A program made the position numbers and the translations under genes. From Cyanobacteria bacterium P01_F01_bin.150 (GTDB lineage Bacteria; Cyanobacteriota; Cyanobacteriia; CAKZMO01): a DNA stretch of 64,000 bases. The stretch is taken from the NCBI GenBank assembly GCA_039189765.1, contig JBCCYL010000029.1, positions 1 through 64,000 of the forward strand. Direction: 5' to 3'. The notes below the pieces were generated by a model that ran no database searches, was not told where the DNA came from, and saw nothing but the letters and a program-made list of their open reading frames with translations. Shown here piece by piece: positions 40,740-50,994 of the stretch; the stretch's first letter is position 1, and each line of letters starts with the position of its first letter.

Positions 40740-43112
40740 ATGGTCATGGAAACTACCTTCCGCGCAAAAAAGATTGATAAAGATGCACTCCAGACCCTTG
40801 GAACCCAGATTTATACGTTACTTGGCGAAACATCTTTTGGTATAAAATGCACTCTTAAAAATAATCGGCTTGTGGTTTTAGGAGAACATCCCGCTGATGC
40901 TTCTCCCCTAGATGCCAGCATGGTTTTAGATCGTTTAGAGAGCACTATTCAAGCATTACAGCTCCAATTTACTCAACAGGTCCGTTTATATCTGAGACAT
41001 TTGGGCCAGCAAAAACCCTATGCATATCGTCAATTTGTGTTGCTCCCTCCTCCCCCCTCTTTACTGAGCGTGATGCCTGCTGAGCAATCCTCCTCTTCAA
41101 CTGATGAAAAACCATGGATTGTTGGTGATGCAGAGCTAGATGCTTTAGTAAATCAACTAACAGCATTAGACCCATTAGATAATTGGGATATTGTCCCCCA
41201 AGAAGAACTAGAGCAAGAGGCATCCCTAGATGAGGATACGTCTGAGCACTTTCGTTCTGAACAACAGATTAACGACAGGGCAGACTCGGAGCAAATCTCC
41301 TATGGTCCTCAAGCGGATTCTTCTGCCAATGAAGTCCAATCCGCGATCGCCTCACCAATGGTCGCGAAGGACAATCGTTCAAACAATATGTTGGCTTCTG
41401 AACATCATGATCTTCTGGAAGATGGTCTGATTCCTGATGCTGAAGAGCTAAAGGGTATCAAAGAATCCTCAGAGCGATCGCCAGAACAGGGAGCACCTGC
41501 TGTTCATGACCGGTCTGATTCTACTCTACAGTTGTTAGAACTAGACACACAAAATATCCCGACCCCCCAATCTGAAAAAGACGCTGCTTGTAACCAAGCT
41601 ATTCTCTCTAGCACTGATTCAGACCTCTCTAAATCCTTTCTTAAACAATCTCAATCAGCTATTATCGTCTCAGATGTGGCCTCAAAGGAAAAATCCCTTT
41701 TAAACCCTAGGTTCTCCTCATTTACCTATGAGACATCCCAGCGGTTAAAGGAATTATCTCAATCTCTGCTGCATTCCAAGACTAAAGAGAGTATTGAAAA
41801 ACTAAACCCTCAACAGTCTGACGCCACAGCCCATCTGGAAAAACCAGGATATCGTAGGGTAGCGATCGCTACAATGGGGATAGCTTCTTTGGGGCTGGCA
41901 ACGGGTCTTTACGGGGTTACAAGGCCTTGTGTCATTGGTAGTTGTAGCGCGTTGCTTGAAGCGGATCGTCTGGGGCAAAAATCTCAGCGAGTGATGCAGC
42001 AAGCTCAAAATTGGGTTGATATTGAAGCCGCTATTCCTCCTTTAAATCAAGCCCTGGAAATTTTGGAGCCTATTCCTGTTTGGTCGTCTCATATCTCCTC
42101 GGCCAAAACGCAGAGGGAACACTATACTCTTCATCTCAGCCAAATTAATCAGTTGCTTGAAGTCGAACAAGCTGCTAAACATGCGAATCAATTGTCTAGT
42201 CAAACGGTCTACTCTTTTGAGGACTTACAAACAGTGCGATCGCTATGGAAATCAGCGATTGATGATTTGGAACTGTTGCCCATTGATAGCCCCCTGCATG
42301 AGTTTGCCCAGACTTATTTAGCTGATTATCAGCCCCAATTAGTGACGGCAGAGCAACAGCTCCAGAAAGAGCAAACGGCCATAAACGCTCTAGAAACGGC
42401 CCAAGAAGCCGCTCAATTAGCACAGGTGAGACAAGGTGTGGCCCAAAGTTTAGAAAATTGGCAATTTGCCCGTGTGACTTGGTTAGTGGCTTTGAATCGC
42501 CTCAAGCAAGTGACAACAGATACGTTAGCTGGAGAAGAGGCTCAACGGCTGATGGCTTTTTATCAAACCTCTTTAGATGAGGTAAATGCTCAAGTGAGCA
42601 GTGAAAAAGTGGCTTCAACGTCTCTGGTGAAAGCAAAGCAGCATGCTCAAATTGCTGCTGCTGCTGAGCAACGTCATGATTGGCAACGGGCAATTGCTGA
42701 TTGGAATAGTGCGATTCAGTCCGCTCAAGAAATTGACAACGGCAGCACATACTATCTAAAAGCAGAAAAACTGTTGACTCAATATCAAGATTCTGTGGCC
42801 CGTGTGCAAGATCAACTTAAGGCTAAAACGTTAATTGAAGGCGAACTAAAGCAGTCTTGTGTGGGAGAGCTGCGGCTTTGTCATATCGTGTCTATTGACC
42901 AAAGTATCAAGATAGAGCTTGATGAATCTTACATGGATGCCATTAGTACGGCACGGGGAAATGGAAATTACAATTTGCAAGCGGTAGTAACTGACCATCA
43001 GTTAATGGTGCGTCAAAGTCTAGATCGGATTGCTAATAACTTTGATCTACCTATTGAAGTCTATAACCCTGAGGGAGGTTTGCTTGAGCGCCATCTTCCT
43101 AAGCCTCACTGA
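40740..43112 (+). CDS. Hypothetical membrane-anchored protein with helical repeats
   Basis: Acidic disordered region, one TM followed by RPCVIGSC, Ala/Gln-rich helical repeats. Confidence 0.75.
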   Translation: MVMETTFRAKKIDKDALQTLGTQIYTLLGETSFGIKCTLKNNRLVVLGEHPADASPLDASMVLDRLESTIQALQLQFTQQVRLYLRHLGQQKPYAYRQFVLLPPPPSLLSVMPAEQSSSSTDEKPWIVGDAELDALVNQLTALDPLDNWDIVPQEELEQEASLDEDTSEHFRSEQQINDRADSEQISYGPQADSSANEVQSAIASPMVAKDNRSNNMLASEHHDLLEDGLIPDAEELKGIKESSERSPEQGAPAVHDRSDSTLQLLELDTQNIPTPQSEKDAACNQAILSSTDSDLSKSFLKQSQSAIIVSDVASKEKSLLNPRFSSFTYETSQRLKELSQSLLHSKTKESIEKLNPQQSDATAHLEKPGYRRVAIATMGIASLGLATGLYGVTRPCVIGSCSALLEADRLGQKSQRVMQQAQNWVDIEAAIPPLNQALEILEPIPVWSSHISSAKTQREHYTLHLSQINQLLEVEQAAKHANQLSSQTVYSFEDLQTVRSLWKSAIDDLELLPIDSPLHEFAQTYLADYQPQLVTAEQQLQKEQTAINALETAQEAAQLAQVRQGVAQSLENWQFARVTWLVALNRLKQVTTDTLAGEEAQRLMAFYQTSLDEVNAQVSSEKVASTSLVKAKQHAQIAAAAEQRHDWQRAIADWNSAIQSAQEIDNGSTYYLKAEKLLTQYQDSVARVQDQLKAKTLIEGELKQSCVGELRLCHIVSIDQSIKIELDESYMDAISTARGNGNYNLQAVVTDHQLMVRQSLDRIANNFDLPIEVYNPEGGLLERHLPKPH

Positions 43113-43133
43113 TCAAGAGTGGGATAATCAAGG

Positions 43134-43173
43134 GTGGGACATTGAGGAGTGACGGATTCCAACAATGTCCCAC
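43134..43173. terminator. Hairpin downstream of the 40740 gene
   Basis: GTGGGACATTG ... CAATGTCCCAC. Confidence 0.5.
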
Positions 43174-43367
43174 AAGATTGTTTTGCCTTATGGTGGAGCT
43201 GTTTATTCAAGGAATAAAAAATATATCCGTATAAAACCAATATTTTTTACTGAGCCTTTAGGTTTAACGGGTAATTAATAAGCCCCTCTAAAGAGCGCTT
43301 ATGCTGTCGAGACCCAAGAGTAGTTATGGGGAACGCTGACTACTGAAGTGTTTGGTCAAAATTACTC

Positions 43368-43529
43368 ATGAATAAAATCAAAGTATCAATATTTACCACT
43401 CGAATGTTCATCGCCATAATGTTGATAGGGTTTGTTTCGGGCATTGTTTCAATTTCCCTCAACCATTCCCGTTTGTACGCAAAAAATGAGTGTCATGACA
43501 CTAGGACTGAATGCCAACTAGCAAACTAG
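43368..43529 (+). CDS. Possible 53-aa small membrane/secreted protein (not in the ORF track)
   Basis: MNKIKVSIFTTRMFIAIMLIGFVSGIVSISLNHSRLYAKNECHDTRTECQLAN. Confidence 0.35.
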   Translation: MNKIKVSIFTTRMFIAIMLIGFVSGIVSISLNHSRLYAKNECHDTRTECQLAN

Positions 43530-43783
43530 TACAGACAATCGATTTTACATACCGTTGTTCCCTACAATTTTTGCTTTGCTAGAATAAAAAAGGCCATATG
43601 TAAATGGCTGATACAATGGCCAATCCTAAGGGAGTCAAGCTGAGCAACACCAATGGAATCCACTTTTGGTTGGTCATTCGCTTGGTAGTCATTCGCTTGT
43701 GACTTATTAACCTATGGCTGATTAGATTATGTGGCATTACCAATGACTTGTATGTGATGACGCTGAAACGTTATCACATGTTC

Positions 43784-44674
43784 CTAAGTTGAAGAATGGC
43801 ATAAAAACTTTATCAACTCTCGATTGACAGTTTGGGGAACTTCCTGTTGAATCCAGTGACCGCATTGGGGTATGCGTTTGAGACGAAAGGGCGCAGCAAT
43901 AATTTTCTCTAAGCCTTCCGTAAATCGATGACTCAAGAGTTTATCGTCATCTCCCCATAACACCAAGGTAGGAGCGGTAACGGGTAGATTTTGGGTCAGG
44001 TGTCGTCCCCAATTTTGGGGTAATAGAAGATGACGATAATGGGCAATTGCTGATGACAAGGCTCCTGGTTTAGCCAGAGCTGCTTGGTAAATGGCGGTGT
44101 CTTCGCGGGTAAACGCTCCTTTGCGGATGGCCTGATCCTGCAACATATTTTTAAGAAAATTTTGTAAGTTAGAGCGCAGTAACCACTCTGGTAGTGTCGG
44201 CACTTGAAAGGCTAAAACGTACCAGCTGCGCCTTAGTTGATCCAGGTTGCCGAGGATTTCTTGCATAAACCGTTGGGGATGGGGCGCATTGAGAATGGCC
44301 AGCCGTTGGACCGATTGAGGAAACGTTTGAGCCAGGTGCCATGCGATCGCGCCTCCCCAATCATGACCCACCACATGGGCCTTGGCGTATCCTAAACTTT
44401 TCATCAGTCCCTTAATGTCATGGCTCAAAGTGTCCAGGTCATACCCACTTAATGGCTTGTCTGAATCGTTGTATCCTCTTAAATCTGGCACAACAACTTT
44501 GAAATGTCGGGCTAAAACAGGTATTTGATGTCGCCAGGAATACCAAAATTCTGGAAATCCGTGTAGAAGAATAACGAGTTCTCCTTCTCCTTGGGTTACA
44601 CAATGGAGTCGAATACGATTCGTCTCAACAAAAAGATGCTGCCAACCGGCACAAAATGCAGTCATATACCTCAA
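43784..44674 (-). CDS. Alpha/beta hydrolase (epoxide hydrolase-like)
   Basis: HGFPEFWYSWR, GHDWGG, GHWIQQE. Confidence 0.9.
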   Translation of the reverse strand: MRYMTAFCAGWQHLFVETNRIRLHCVTQGEGELVILLHGFPEFWYSWRHQIPVLARHFKVVVPDLRGYNDSDKPLSGYDLDTLSHDIKGLMKSLGYAKAHVVGHDWGGAIAWHLAQTFPQSVQRLAILNAPHPQRFMQEILGNLDQLRRSWYVLAFQVPTLPEWLLRSNLQNFLKNMLQDQAIRKGAFTREDTAIYQAALAKPGALSSAIAHYRHLLLPQNWGRHLTQNLPVTAPTLVLWGDDDKLLSHRFTEGLEKIIAAPFRLKRIPQCGHWIQQEVPQTVNRELIKFLCHSST

Positions 44675-45207
44675 GTTTTCCGCTGAACAATGCTGATTAA
44701 AACAGCCGAAAGAACTCAGTCAAGGAAGCGATGAATCACAGTTTTTGGCAGCTAGACATTTGGGGTCAGAGCTGTAGCCTGGCGATCGCTCTAGCTTGTC
44801 CTGTTTAGAGAGTTCTGAAGCTAGTTTCAATCCTTATTTTTTCGAGAGTGTCTAATAGTAAGAAATAGGAGTATAAAAAAGATGGTTAAATGAGTGAATT
44901 TAATGATTTGAACGGCTTCAATAAACGATTGATAAAGTTCTTAGATGTCTTTCAGTATAAGAATAATCGGATTTGTATAAGAACAAATAAAAACAGGTTC
45001 CCGTTCTAAATTTTACATTGATTTGGAGGGCTTACACTGAGACTTTTGTAGCTTTACCGCTTTAGGGATTGGAACCGTGGATTTTCGGTTTCTCAACGTT
45101 TACGTATTAATTCCCCAAAACAAAGCTACCCGATGTGGCCACTCTCGTATTTTAACGGATGACGGGCGTGGTTGAGGGCAAGGCGAAGGCTCATGGCTCC
45201 TTCGCGT

Positions 45208-45792
45208 CTATTGCTCTGATAGCTGAAAATCTCTTTGGCTATACCATTGGTATCCATCATAAATCAGCAGAGTAAAGTAATCATTTACATAATTCAACTC
45301 AACGGAATGCTGCTTTAAATCCTGCCAAGCATGGTCAAACGTTTGAGGTTTTAATTTTCGTGATGCGACTGTTATGTGTGGTGAAAACGATCTCTGTTGT
45401 GTTTTTGGATCAACAATGAGAAAGGTTTGAGCCAAATAATCAGCTAATGATGCTTGGAATGCCATTAATTCCTGCGAGCGTTGGACCTGAATATATAAGA
45501 CCTTTTTGCCAAATGCTCCAAAGCCTGACAAATGAATGGGAATAGGCGCATGATGTTGCTTAAATTGGGTTAATGCTTTTTCTAACGCTGAAATTTCACC
45601 CTTAGGCCAATGGAATGGTGCCTGTAGGGTAATGTGAGGGGCTACTCTAGCGGTCCGGGTGCGATAGCGATCGCTCAAGTCTTGAATAATTTGGTAGGCA
45701 AAACGGCTGACACTGGGTGGAGTCATTAATGCGATTAACAGCCGAGGTCTATCCACAATAGGAATTTTGCGTTGAGATATATATGGCACCAT
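45208..45792 (-). CDS. 2'-5' RNA ligase / 2H phosphoesterase family protein
   Basis: Two HxT motifs, PHITL and PHITV; the ORF-track start at 45855 lies inside a repeat element. Confidence 0.85.
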   Translation of the reverse strand: MVPYISQRKIPIVDRPRLLIALMTPPSVSRFAYQIIQDLSDRYRTRTARVAPHITLQAPFHWPKGEISALEKALTQFKQHHAPIPIHLSGFGAFGKKVLYIQVQRSQELMAFQASLADYLAQTFLIVDPKTQQRSFSPHITVASRKLKPQTFDHAWQDLKQHSVELNYVNDYFTLLIYDGYQWYSQRDFQLSEQ

Positions 45793-45843
45793 TAGAATGC
45801 TTCCTTGTTTTAGTCTGTGGCGTATAGTAGTAATACTGTCGTC

Positions 45844-45931
45844 TATACTCTGCACGGCTAAGTGCTGGACTTTTTATGAGATTGTGTTCCCCTGGAGGAC
45901 ACACCTCCAAATCTCAGCCGTTGGCAGTATA
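45844..45931 (+). mobile_element. ~90-bp MITE-like element, family B, copy 3
   Basis: Same termini and body as copies 1 and 2, with a shortened loop. Confidence 0.75.
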
Positions 45932-46001
45932 CCTACCGAGTATCTATTGGCTGGCCAATGGATGTATGGCATGTAGAAAGCCTAATTAGAGGGATAAGTG
46001 T

Positions 46002-46652
46002 ATGGTTTCGATTGCGGTAATTGATTATGACATGGGTAACTTGCACTCTGTGTGTAAAGGGCTGGAATATGCAGGTGCGGTTCCAACAATTGTCGATACG
46101 TTTGCAGAAATGAATGCAGCAGATGCGGTCATCCTGCCTGGCGTAGGTTCTTTTGACCCAGCGATGCGGCATTTGCGCTCCCGTGATCTAATCCATCCGA
46201 TTCAAGATATCGTAGCTAATGACAAACCGTTTCTGGGTATCTGTTTAGGCTTGCAGATTCTACTAGAAGGTAGTGAAGAAGGCGAAGAGCCTGGCTTAGG
46301 AATTGTGCCAGGGCGTGTTCGTCGCTTTCAACCGGAGTCTGGAATCACCATTCCACAGATGGGTTGGAATCAACTGCAATTTGCACAAACAGAACTGGCA
46401 ATCTGGGCAGATTTACCCCTGAACCCCTGGCTGTATTTTGTTCATTCTTTTTATGCAGATCCCGCTAACGCATCTGATATTGCGGCAACTGTCAGCCACG
46501 GTAGTCAGACCGTGACAGCGGCGATTGCCCGTAATAACCTAGTAGCTGCTCAGTTCCACCCTGAAAAGTCATCTGCAACGGGGCTAAAGATTTTGTCTAA
46601 TTTTGTCCGATCTGTAGAGCAATCCCAATGCATTCCTGAATTAGTTGCTTAA
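46002..46652 (+). CDS. hisH: Imidazole glycerol phosphate synthase glutamine amidotransferase subunit
   Basis: DYDMGNLHSV, LPGVG, GICLGLQ, QFHPEKS. Confidence 0.95.
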   Translation: MVSIAVIDYDMGNLHSVCKGLEYAGAVPTIVDTFAEMNAADAVILPGVGSFDPAMRHLRSRDLIHPIQDIVANDKPFLGICLGLQILLEGSEEGEEPGLGIVPGRVRRFQPESGITIPQMGWNQLQFAQTELAIWADLPLNPWLYFVHSFYADPANASDIAATVSHGSQTVTAAIARNNLVAAQFHPEKSSATGLKILSNFVRSVEQSQCIPELVA

Positions 46653-46654
46653 AC

Positions 46655-47233
46655 ATGGCGCTGCGAATTTATGGGAATCGCTCCCTTAAAACGTTGCCGG
46701 GTAAAAATACACGGCCTACTCCTGCCAGAGTGCGGGAGGCTCTTTTTAATATCTGGCAGGGCAACATTGTTGACTGCCGCTGGCTTGACTTATGTGCGGG
46801 CAGTGGTGCGATGGGGGCGGAGGCTCTTTGTCGTGGAGCGCAGTCGGTAACAGGGATTGAACAAGCCAGCCGAGCTTGTGGAGTGATTCAACAGAATTGG
46901 CAGCAGGTAAGGCGTCCAGACCAGCAGATTAGGGTTGTTAAAGGCCATATTCTGCGGCAATTACCGCAGCTCAAAGGTGAACAGTTTGACCGAATTTATT
47001 TCGATCCCCCTTACGACAGTGATCTGTATGAGCCTGTGTTGGATGCGATCGCGTCCCTACAGCTTCTAGTAAACGGTGGTGAAGTGGCAGTAGAGCATAA
47101 CACCAATCGGTCTCTGCCGGAGAGGATAGAGGCTAAAGGTGCGAATGCTGTGCTGGGACATTCGTTAATTGCGTATCGCTGCAAGTCTTATGGGTTGACT
47201 TCGGTAACGTTTTATTCGGGTGAAGAACGTTAG
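46655..47233 (+). CDS. rsmD: 16S rRNA (guanine-966-N2)-methyltransferase
   Basis: TRPT..RVREALFN, LDLCAGSG, DPPY. Confidence 0.92.
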   Translation: MALRIYGNRSLKTLPGKNTRPTPARVREALFNIWQGNIVDCRWLDLCAGSGAMGAEALCRGAQSVTGIEQASRACGVIQQNWQQVRRPDQQIRVVKGHILRQLPQLKGEQFDRIYFDPPYDSDLYEPVLDAIASLQLLVNGGEVAVEHNTNRSLPERIEAKGANAVLGHSLIAYRCKSYGLTSVTFYSGEER

Positions 47234-47253
47234 GAATATTTCAACAAGGTGTA

Positions 47254-47293
47254 GAGTTTGGGGGTTTGGGAGTTTGGGGGTTTGGGGGTTTGA
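47254..47293. repeat. 8-bp tandem repeat (G[A/G]GTTTGG)x5
   Basis: GAGTTTGG GGGTTTGG GAGTTTGG GGGTTTGG GGGTTTGA between convergent genes. Confidence 0.8.
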
Positions 47294-47298
47294 GAATT

Positions 47299-48114
47299 TT
47301 AAGGACGGAGAATGTCTATGACTTCAGAGTGGAGGGGATCACCACAGGAGGTAATCAGGCTTCCGCCAAATACAATATTATTGCGTTCGCCAGCTAGATT
47401 TGTGACAGTCCCTCCTGCTTCTTCTACACAAGGGACAAGGGCTGCGATATCCCAAGGATTCATCGCTGTATCAATGGCCACATGAAGTTTGCCTCGGGCC
47501 ACGAGGGCATGTTGATTACAGTCAGAACAAAAGCGAAATTTCTGGACTCGCTGCATTAATGCCGTCATCTTGTAGTGGGTTTCGTTGGGATTGTGAGTCA
47601 CATCAGTGCAGTGAAGGCCGGTCGTGGATGCGATCGCTTTTTCAACGGTAACGGGCGATCGCACGTCTACCTTGATCGGTGACTGATGACGGTTTTGGAA
47701 CCAACATCCCATTCCCTTGGCTGCGTAGACGGTTTCTCCAAGGCCGGGTAAATGAATGACGCCCACAATGGGTTCATTGTTGTCCAACAGCGCAACCAAA
47801 GTGCCAAATAAGGGTACTCCCAATGTAAACCAAGCGGTGCCGTCAATTGGATCAAGCACCCATCGATAGCGACTAGACGATTCACTGTTGTGATGATTAG
47901 TTTCTCCAAACTCTTCGCCCAAAATGTCATGGTCAGGAAACATCTCGGTAATCAGATCACGCATTGCTGACTCCCCTTGCTTGTCAGCAATGGTGACTTC
48001 CGTTCCATCTGATTTGAAGTTCACCGTATGATTTTGAAAGTGGGGTAAAATCCGGGCTTCTGCGGTTGCCGCTAATCGTCGGGCAAAGTTGAGAAATTGT
48101 TGGGTGGTTGTCAT
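47299..48114 (-). CDS. Inositol monophosphatase family protein, possibly histidinol-phosphatase (HisN-like)
   Basis: VT.AD, GEEFG, WVLDPIDGT, WDIAALVP.VEEAGG; ATG at 48114. Confidence 0.8.
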   Translation of the reverse strand: MTTTQQFLNFARRLAATAEARILPHFQNHTVNFKSDGTEVTIADKQGESAMRDLITEMFPDHDILGEEFGETNHHNSESSSRYRWVLDPIDGTAWFTLGVPLFGTLVALLDNNEPIVGVIHLPGLGETVYAAKGMGCWFQNRHQSPIKVDVRSPVTVEKAIASTTGLHCTDVTHNPNETHYKMTALMQRVQKFRFCSDCNQHALVARGKLHVAIDTAMNPWDIAALVPCVEEAGGTVTNLAGERNNIVFGGSLITSCGDPLHSEVIDILRP

Positions 48115-48156
48115 GGATTTTGCCCCCACTAATGATCTAGTTTCTGTACAAAAAAA

Positions 48157-48235
48157 GGGTATCAACTTTAGCGGGTAGTGGGGGCGCGACGTGCCCCCAC
48201 TACCGTTCATTTTGTTCCGCTTTGCGTTGGAACCC
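48157..48235 (+). mobile_element. 79-bp MITE-like element, family A
   Basis: GGGTATCAACTTTAGCGGGTAGTGGGGGCG...CCCCCACTACCG...GGAACCC; flanks CAAAAAAA/TAAAAAAA. Confidence 0.7.
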
Positions 48236-48240
48236 TAAAA

Positions 48241-48277
48241 AAAGAAGGAGACACAGGCTAAACCATGTCTCCTCTTT
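48241..48277 (-). terminator. Terminator hairpin after tRNA-Arg
   Basis: AGGAGACA...TGTCTCCT stem with an adjacent A-run (U-tract on the minus strand). Confidence 0.55.
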
Positions 48278-48288
48278 CAAATTTGCAA

Positions 48289-48362
48289 CGGGCCAGAAGG
48301 GATTCGAACCCCTGACACCCTGGTCCGTAGCCAGGTGCTCTAGTCCACTGAGCTACAGGCCC
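48289..48362 (-). tRNA. tRNA-Arg (ACG)
   Basis: Reverse complement GGGCCTGTAGCTCAGTGGACTAGAGCACCTGGCTACGGACCAGG...GGTTCGAATCCCTTCTGGCCCG. Confidence 0.95.
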
Positions 48363-48453
48363 GCGCCTCGTTTAAAGATAATAACATGATTAATGCATAA
48401 TACAACGGTCGATTAAATTCGTTGAGTACAATTCACCAGGAAAAAGTCCGACC

Positions 48454-48996
48454 ATGCCAAATGAACTGAATCCATCCACCATGCCAGATACTGCCCAAGT
48501 GATTGAACCGCATGATTCTCAAGCTACGTTGACCCATCTTGATCGCAGCGGAGAAGCACAAATGGTGGATGTATCTCAAAAACCTGTGACTGCTCGAACC
48601 GCGATCGCCCTTGGCCATATCCGCATGTTGCCAGAAACCCTGGCAAAGATTGAGACCGGAAACGCACCTAAAGGAGATGTCTTAGGAACGGCAAGGCTAG
48701 CGGGGATAATGGCTGCCAAGCAGACGGCCAACTTAATTCCATTGTGTCATCCGCTACCTATCAAAAAAGTCAATATCCAGATTACAGCGGATGACTCGTT
48801 GCCCGGCTATAAAATTCAAGCTGAGGTTAAAACCAGCTCTGAAACGGGGGTGGAAATGGAAGCATTAACCGCTGTATCAGTTGCTGCATTAACACTCTAC
48901 GATATGGCTAAAGCCTTAGAAAAATCGATGGAGATAGGCGGCATTTGCCTAATGAGTAAAACAGGCGGCAAATCTGGGCCTTACTCCCGTGTCTGA
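48454..48996 (+). CDS. moaC: Cyclic pyranopterin monophosphate synthase
   Basis: LTH...[33 protein letters not shown]. Confidence 0.95.
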   Translation: MPNELNPSTMPDTAQVIEPHDSQATLTHLDRSGEAQMVDVSQKPVTARTAIALGHIRMLPETLAKIETGNAPKGDVLGTARLAGIMAAKQTANLIPLCHPLPIKKVNIQITADDSLPGYKIQAEVKTSSETGVEMEALTAVSVAALTLYDMAKALEKSMEIGGICLMSKTGGKSGPYSRV

Positions 48997-49061
48997 GTGC
49001 AGCGGAACTCAGACCAAAAGAGCTGGGGCAACTATTTCGATGCTAATGGGGGAACTCTGAA

Positions 49062-49856
49062 TTAGAGCTGCATCAATTGGCGACGGCGTAAGCGGACTCG
49101 GTCGGGAGCCATGGTGACCATTAGTTCGCCAAGGGGGAGCGATCGCACTTCGTGGCTAAAGACGTTTACTTGGTAAACAGTTTGCTTGGCCAACAGGGAA
49201 TCCGTTAGCGTTTCTTTTGTATCTATGCTAAGGGCAGTGAGCCATCCACTTTTAGGGTGGTATGCGCCTGTATCTAAATCGAGCCAACCATTGCCTTTTA
49301 CCAGCTCTCCTGCAGCCACTCCTGGAAAAGTAAAGGTAATCGTATGGCCAATCAGGATGAGCTTATCGGGAAAGTAAGGTTGAATGCTGCTGTGGAATTT
49401 ATCGCGAATCCAACAAAATTCTTGATTCGTTTGCTCCTCTAACTCTATGTCTGGATTAACTCCTGCATGGACGAGCCAAATATTACCGAGATCAAGGTAG
49501 GTGGGCAGTGCACCGATCCAATCTAACTGGTCCAAAAGTGCACTGGGATTTTCGAAACTTGTCAGTGTTGATTGACCACCACTGTATAGCCAGGCTTGCA
49601 GTTCTGGCGCAGAGGCTTGACCATTGGGAAAAGCTTCTAAAAGCAATTGCTCATGGTTTCCCAGTAAGCTTGTATAGCCACTTTGTTGGACAAATTGGAG
49701 AACTTGGGCACTGTTAGGACCTCTGTCAATTAAGTCACCTAGAAAATAAACTTGATCGGTTTCTTCGGGAGAGACAGCATCCAATAGCTCCATTAGACCA
49801 TCGTAATGACCATGAATGTCCCCAATAATAATTCGACGCTCAGTCACCTTAAACAA
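49062..49856 (-). CDS. Ser/Thr protein phosphatase-like metallophosphoesterase
   Basis: GDIHG, GDLIDRG, GNHE, VHAG, GHT, DTGA. Confidence 0.9.
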   Translation of the reverse strand: MFKVTERRIIIGDIHGHYDGLMELLDAVSPEETDQVYFLGDLIDRGPNSAQVLQFVQQSGYTSLLGNHEQLLLEAFPNGQASAPELQAWLYSGGQSTLTSFENPSALLDQLDWIGALPTYLDLGNIWLVHAGVNPDIELEEQTNQEFCWIRDKFHSSIQPYFPDKLILIGHTITFTFPGVAAGELVKGNGWLDLDTGAYHPKSGWLTALSIDTKETLTDSLLAKQTVYQVNVFSHEVRSLPLGELMVTMAPDRVRLRRRQLMQL

Positions 49857-50049
49857 CCCTTCTACTAATGGGCTTATTCTTTATTATGCCCATGGGCCGG
49901 GACCGAACGATGAATTTTTTGAGAATCCTTGCGAAACTTTCATCAAATTAGTCGATATTCCCGGAATTTGGTATCAGCGTTGAGCTAATCTCATGAGCAT
50001 GAGGGCCTTATCCTAATTTTGCTTGGCCTTAAAAAGAACTCCCAAAGGT

Positions 50050-50781
50050 TCACTGGCTCAATGCTTTTAAGAAGCTTTGGAGCTGCCCTATGATCCCTTT
50101 TTTTCGAGACGTATCTGATGGTTTGTTTGCATCCTGGGCTGCATTTGGATCCGGTTCTGGCATAAAGAGTTCTTCTAGCTCTTCTCCAACGGGACGGTGG
50201 TCCAGTTCTGCTAGCAGCTCATAATCATCCTCTGTTTCACGCCAGACCTGCCAGGGATATGGATAGCAGCGAAAAATCAATGCTCCTTCCAACGGACAAA
50301 TGTAGTAGCAAGAATCAAATAATCCTAAAAATCGTTCCCGCAATTGTCTGGCGGCATAGCCAATGCCAATTGTGGCAATGTCTTCCAAACGAGGATTAAG
50401 AAATACAACGGGGCGATCGCCCGCTTCGGTGCATAACTTTTCCACATCTTGCACTTCGATGGAAGATGGCTCTACGAATAGAAAAAGTTCTTCCTCTGCC
50501 TGCATTTCTGCTTTTAAATCATTAATGCCTCGAATTGGATAGGGTTTGTCTCCCCAGTCTCGTCGGGCCAGAGCGGCTGCACCTGGGTCGGGAAAAAACA
50601 CTCGCAGTTTCTCTCCCCGCTCCTCCAGGGCTGGTAGAAATTGTTCTGCCACAGGCATAATTTTCAACTCTGGAATCACCAACTCGACTTGGATACGGGT
50701 GAAGCCATCATTTAGAGCTGCGTTCGTGGCTACTTTTGCTTGGGCGATCGCATCATCAAGCCCATCAGGCAGTTTAATCAT
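50050..50781 (-). CDS. DUF1995 family protein
   Basis: FPDPGAAALARRDW, NPRLED, R.YP.PWQV motifs; ATG at 50781. Confidence 0.8.
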   Translation of the reverse strand: MIKLPDGLDDAIAQAKVATNAALNDGFTRIQVELVIPELKIMPVAEQFLPALEERGEKLRVFFPDPGAAALARRDWGDKPYPIRGINDLKAEMQAEEELFLFVEPSSIEVQDVEKLCTEAGDRPVVFLNPRLEDIATIGIGYAARQLRERFLGLFDSCYYICPLEGALIFRCYPYPWQVWRETEDDYELLAELDHRPVGEELEELFMPEPDPNAAQDANKPSDTSRKKGIIGQLQSFLKALSQ

Positions 50782-50915
50782 TGGGAAAAGAATTACTTTA
50801 ACAAGGGTAAGAATCCGACACAACGGCATACGTCTGTCAGTAATGCTCTATGGTAAATAAGTATATTAGCTTAAGGGCATCTCTCCCAAATTCATCTTTA
50901 ATGGTTGTCTGGGCT

Positions 50916-50994
50916 GGGGATCAATTTTAGGTGGGCGGTGTGGGCGTGTCGCGCCCACACCACCGTTATCCTGTTTCGCCTTAAACCGAAACCC
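50916..50994 (+). mobile_element. MITE-like element, family A
   Basis: GGGGATCAATTTTAGGTGGGCGGTGTGGGCG...CGCCCACACCACCG...GTTTCGCCTTAAACCGAAACCC. Confidence 0.7.

Noticed and set aside
37649..45931. Repeats as a CRISPR array
   Set aside because: Copies are dispersed, about 90 bp, with no regular spacers and no cas genes
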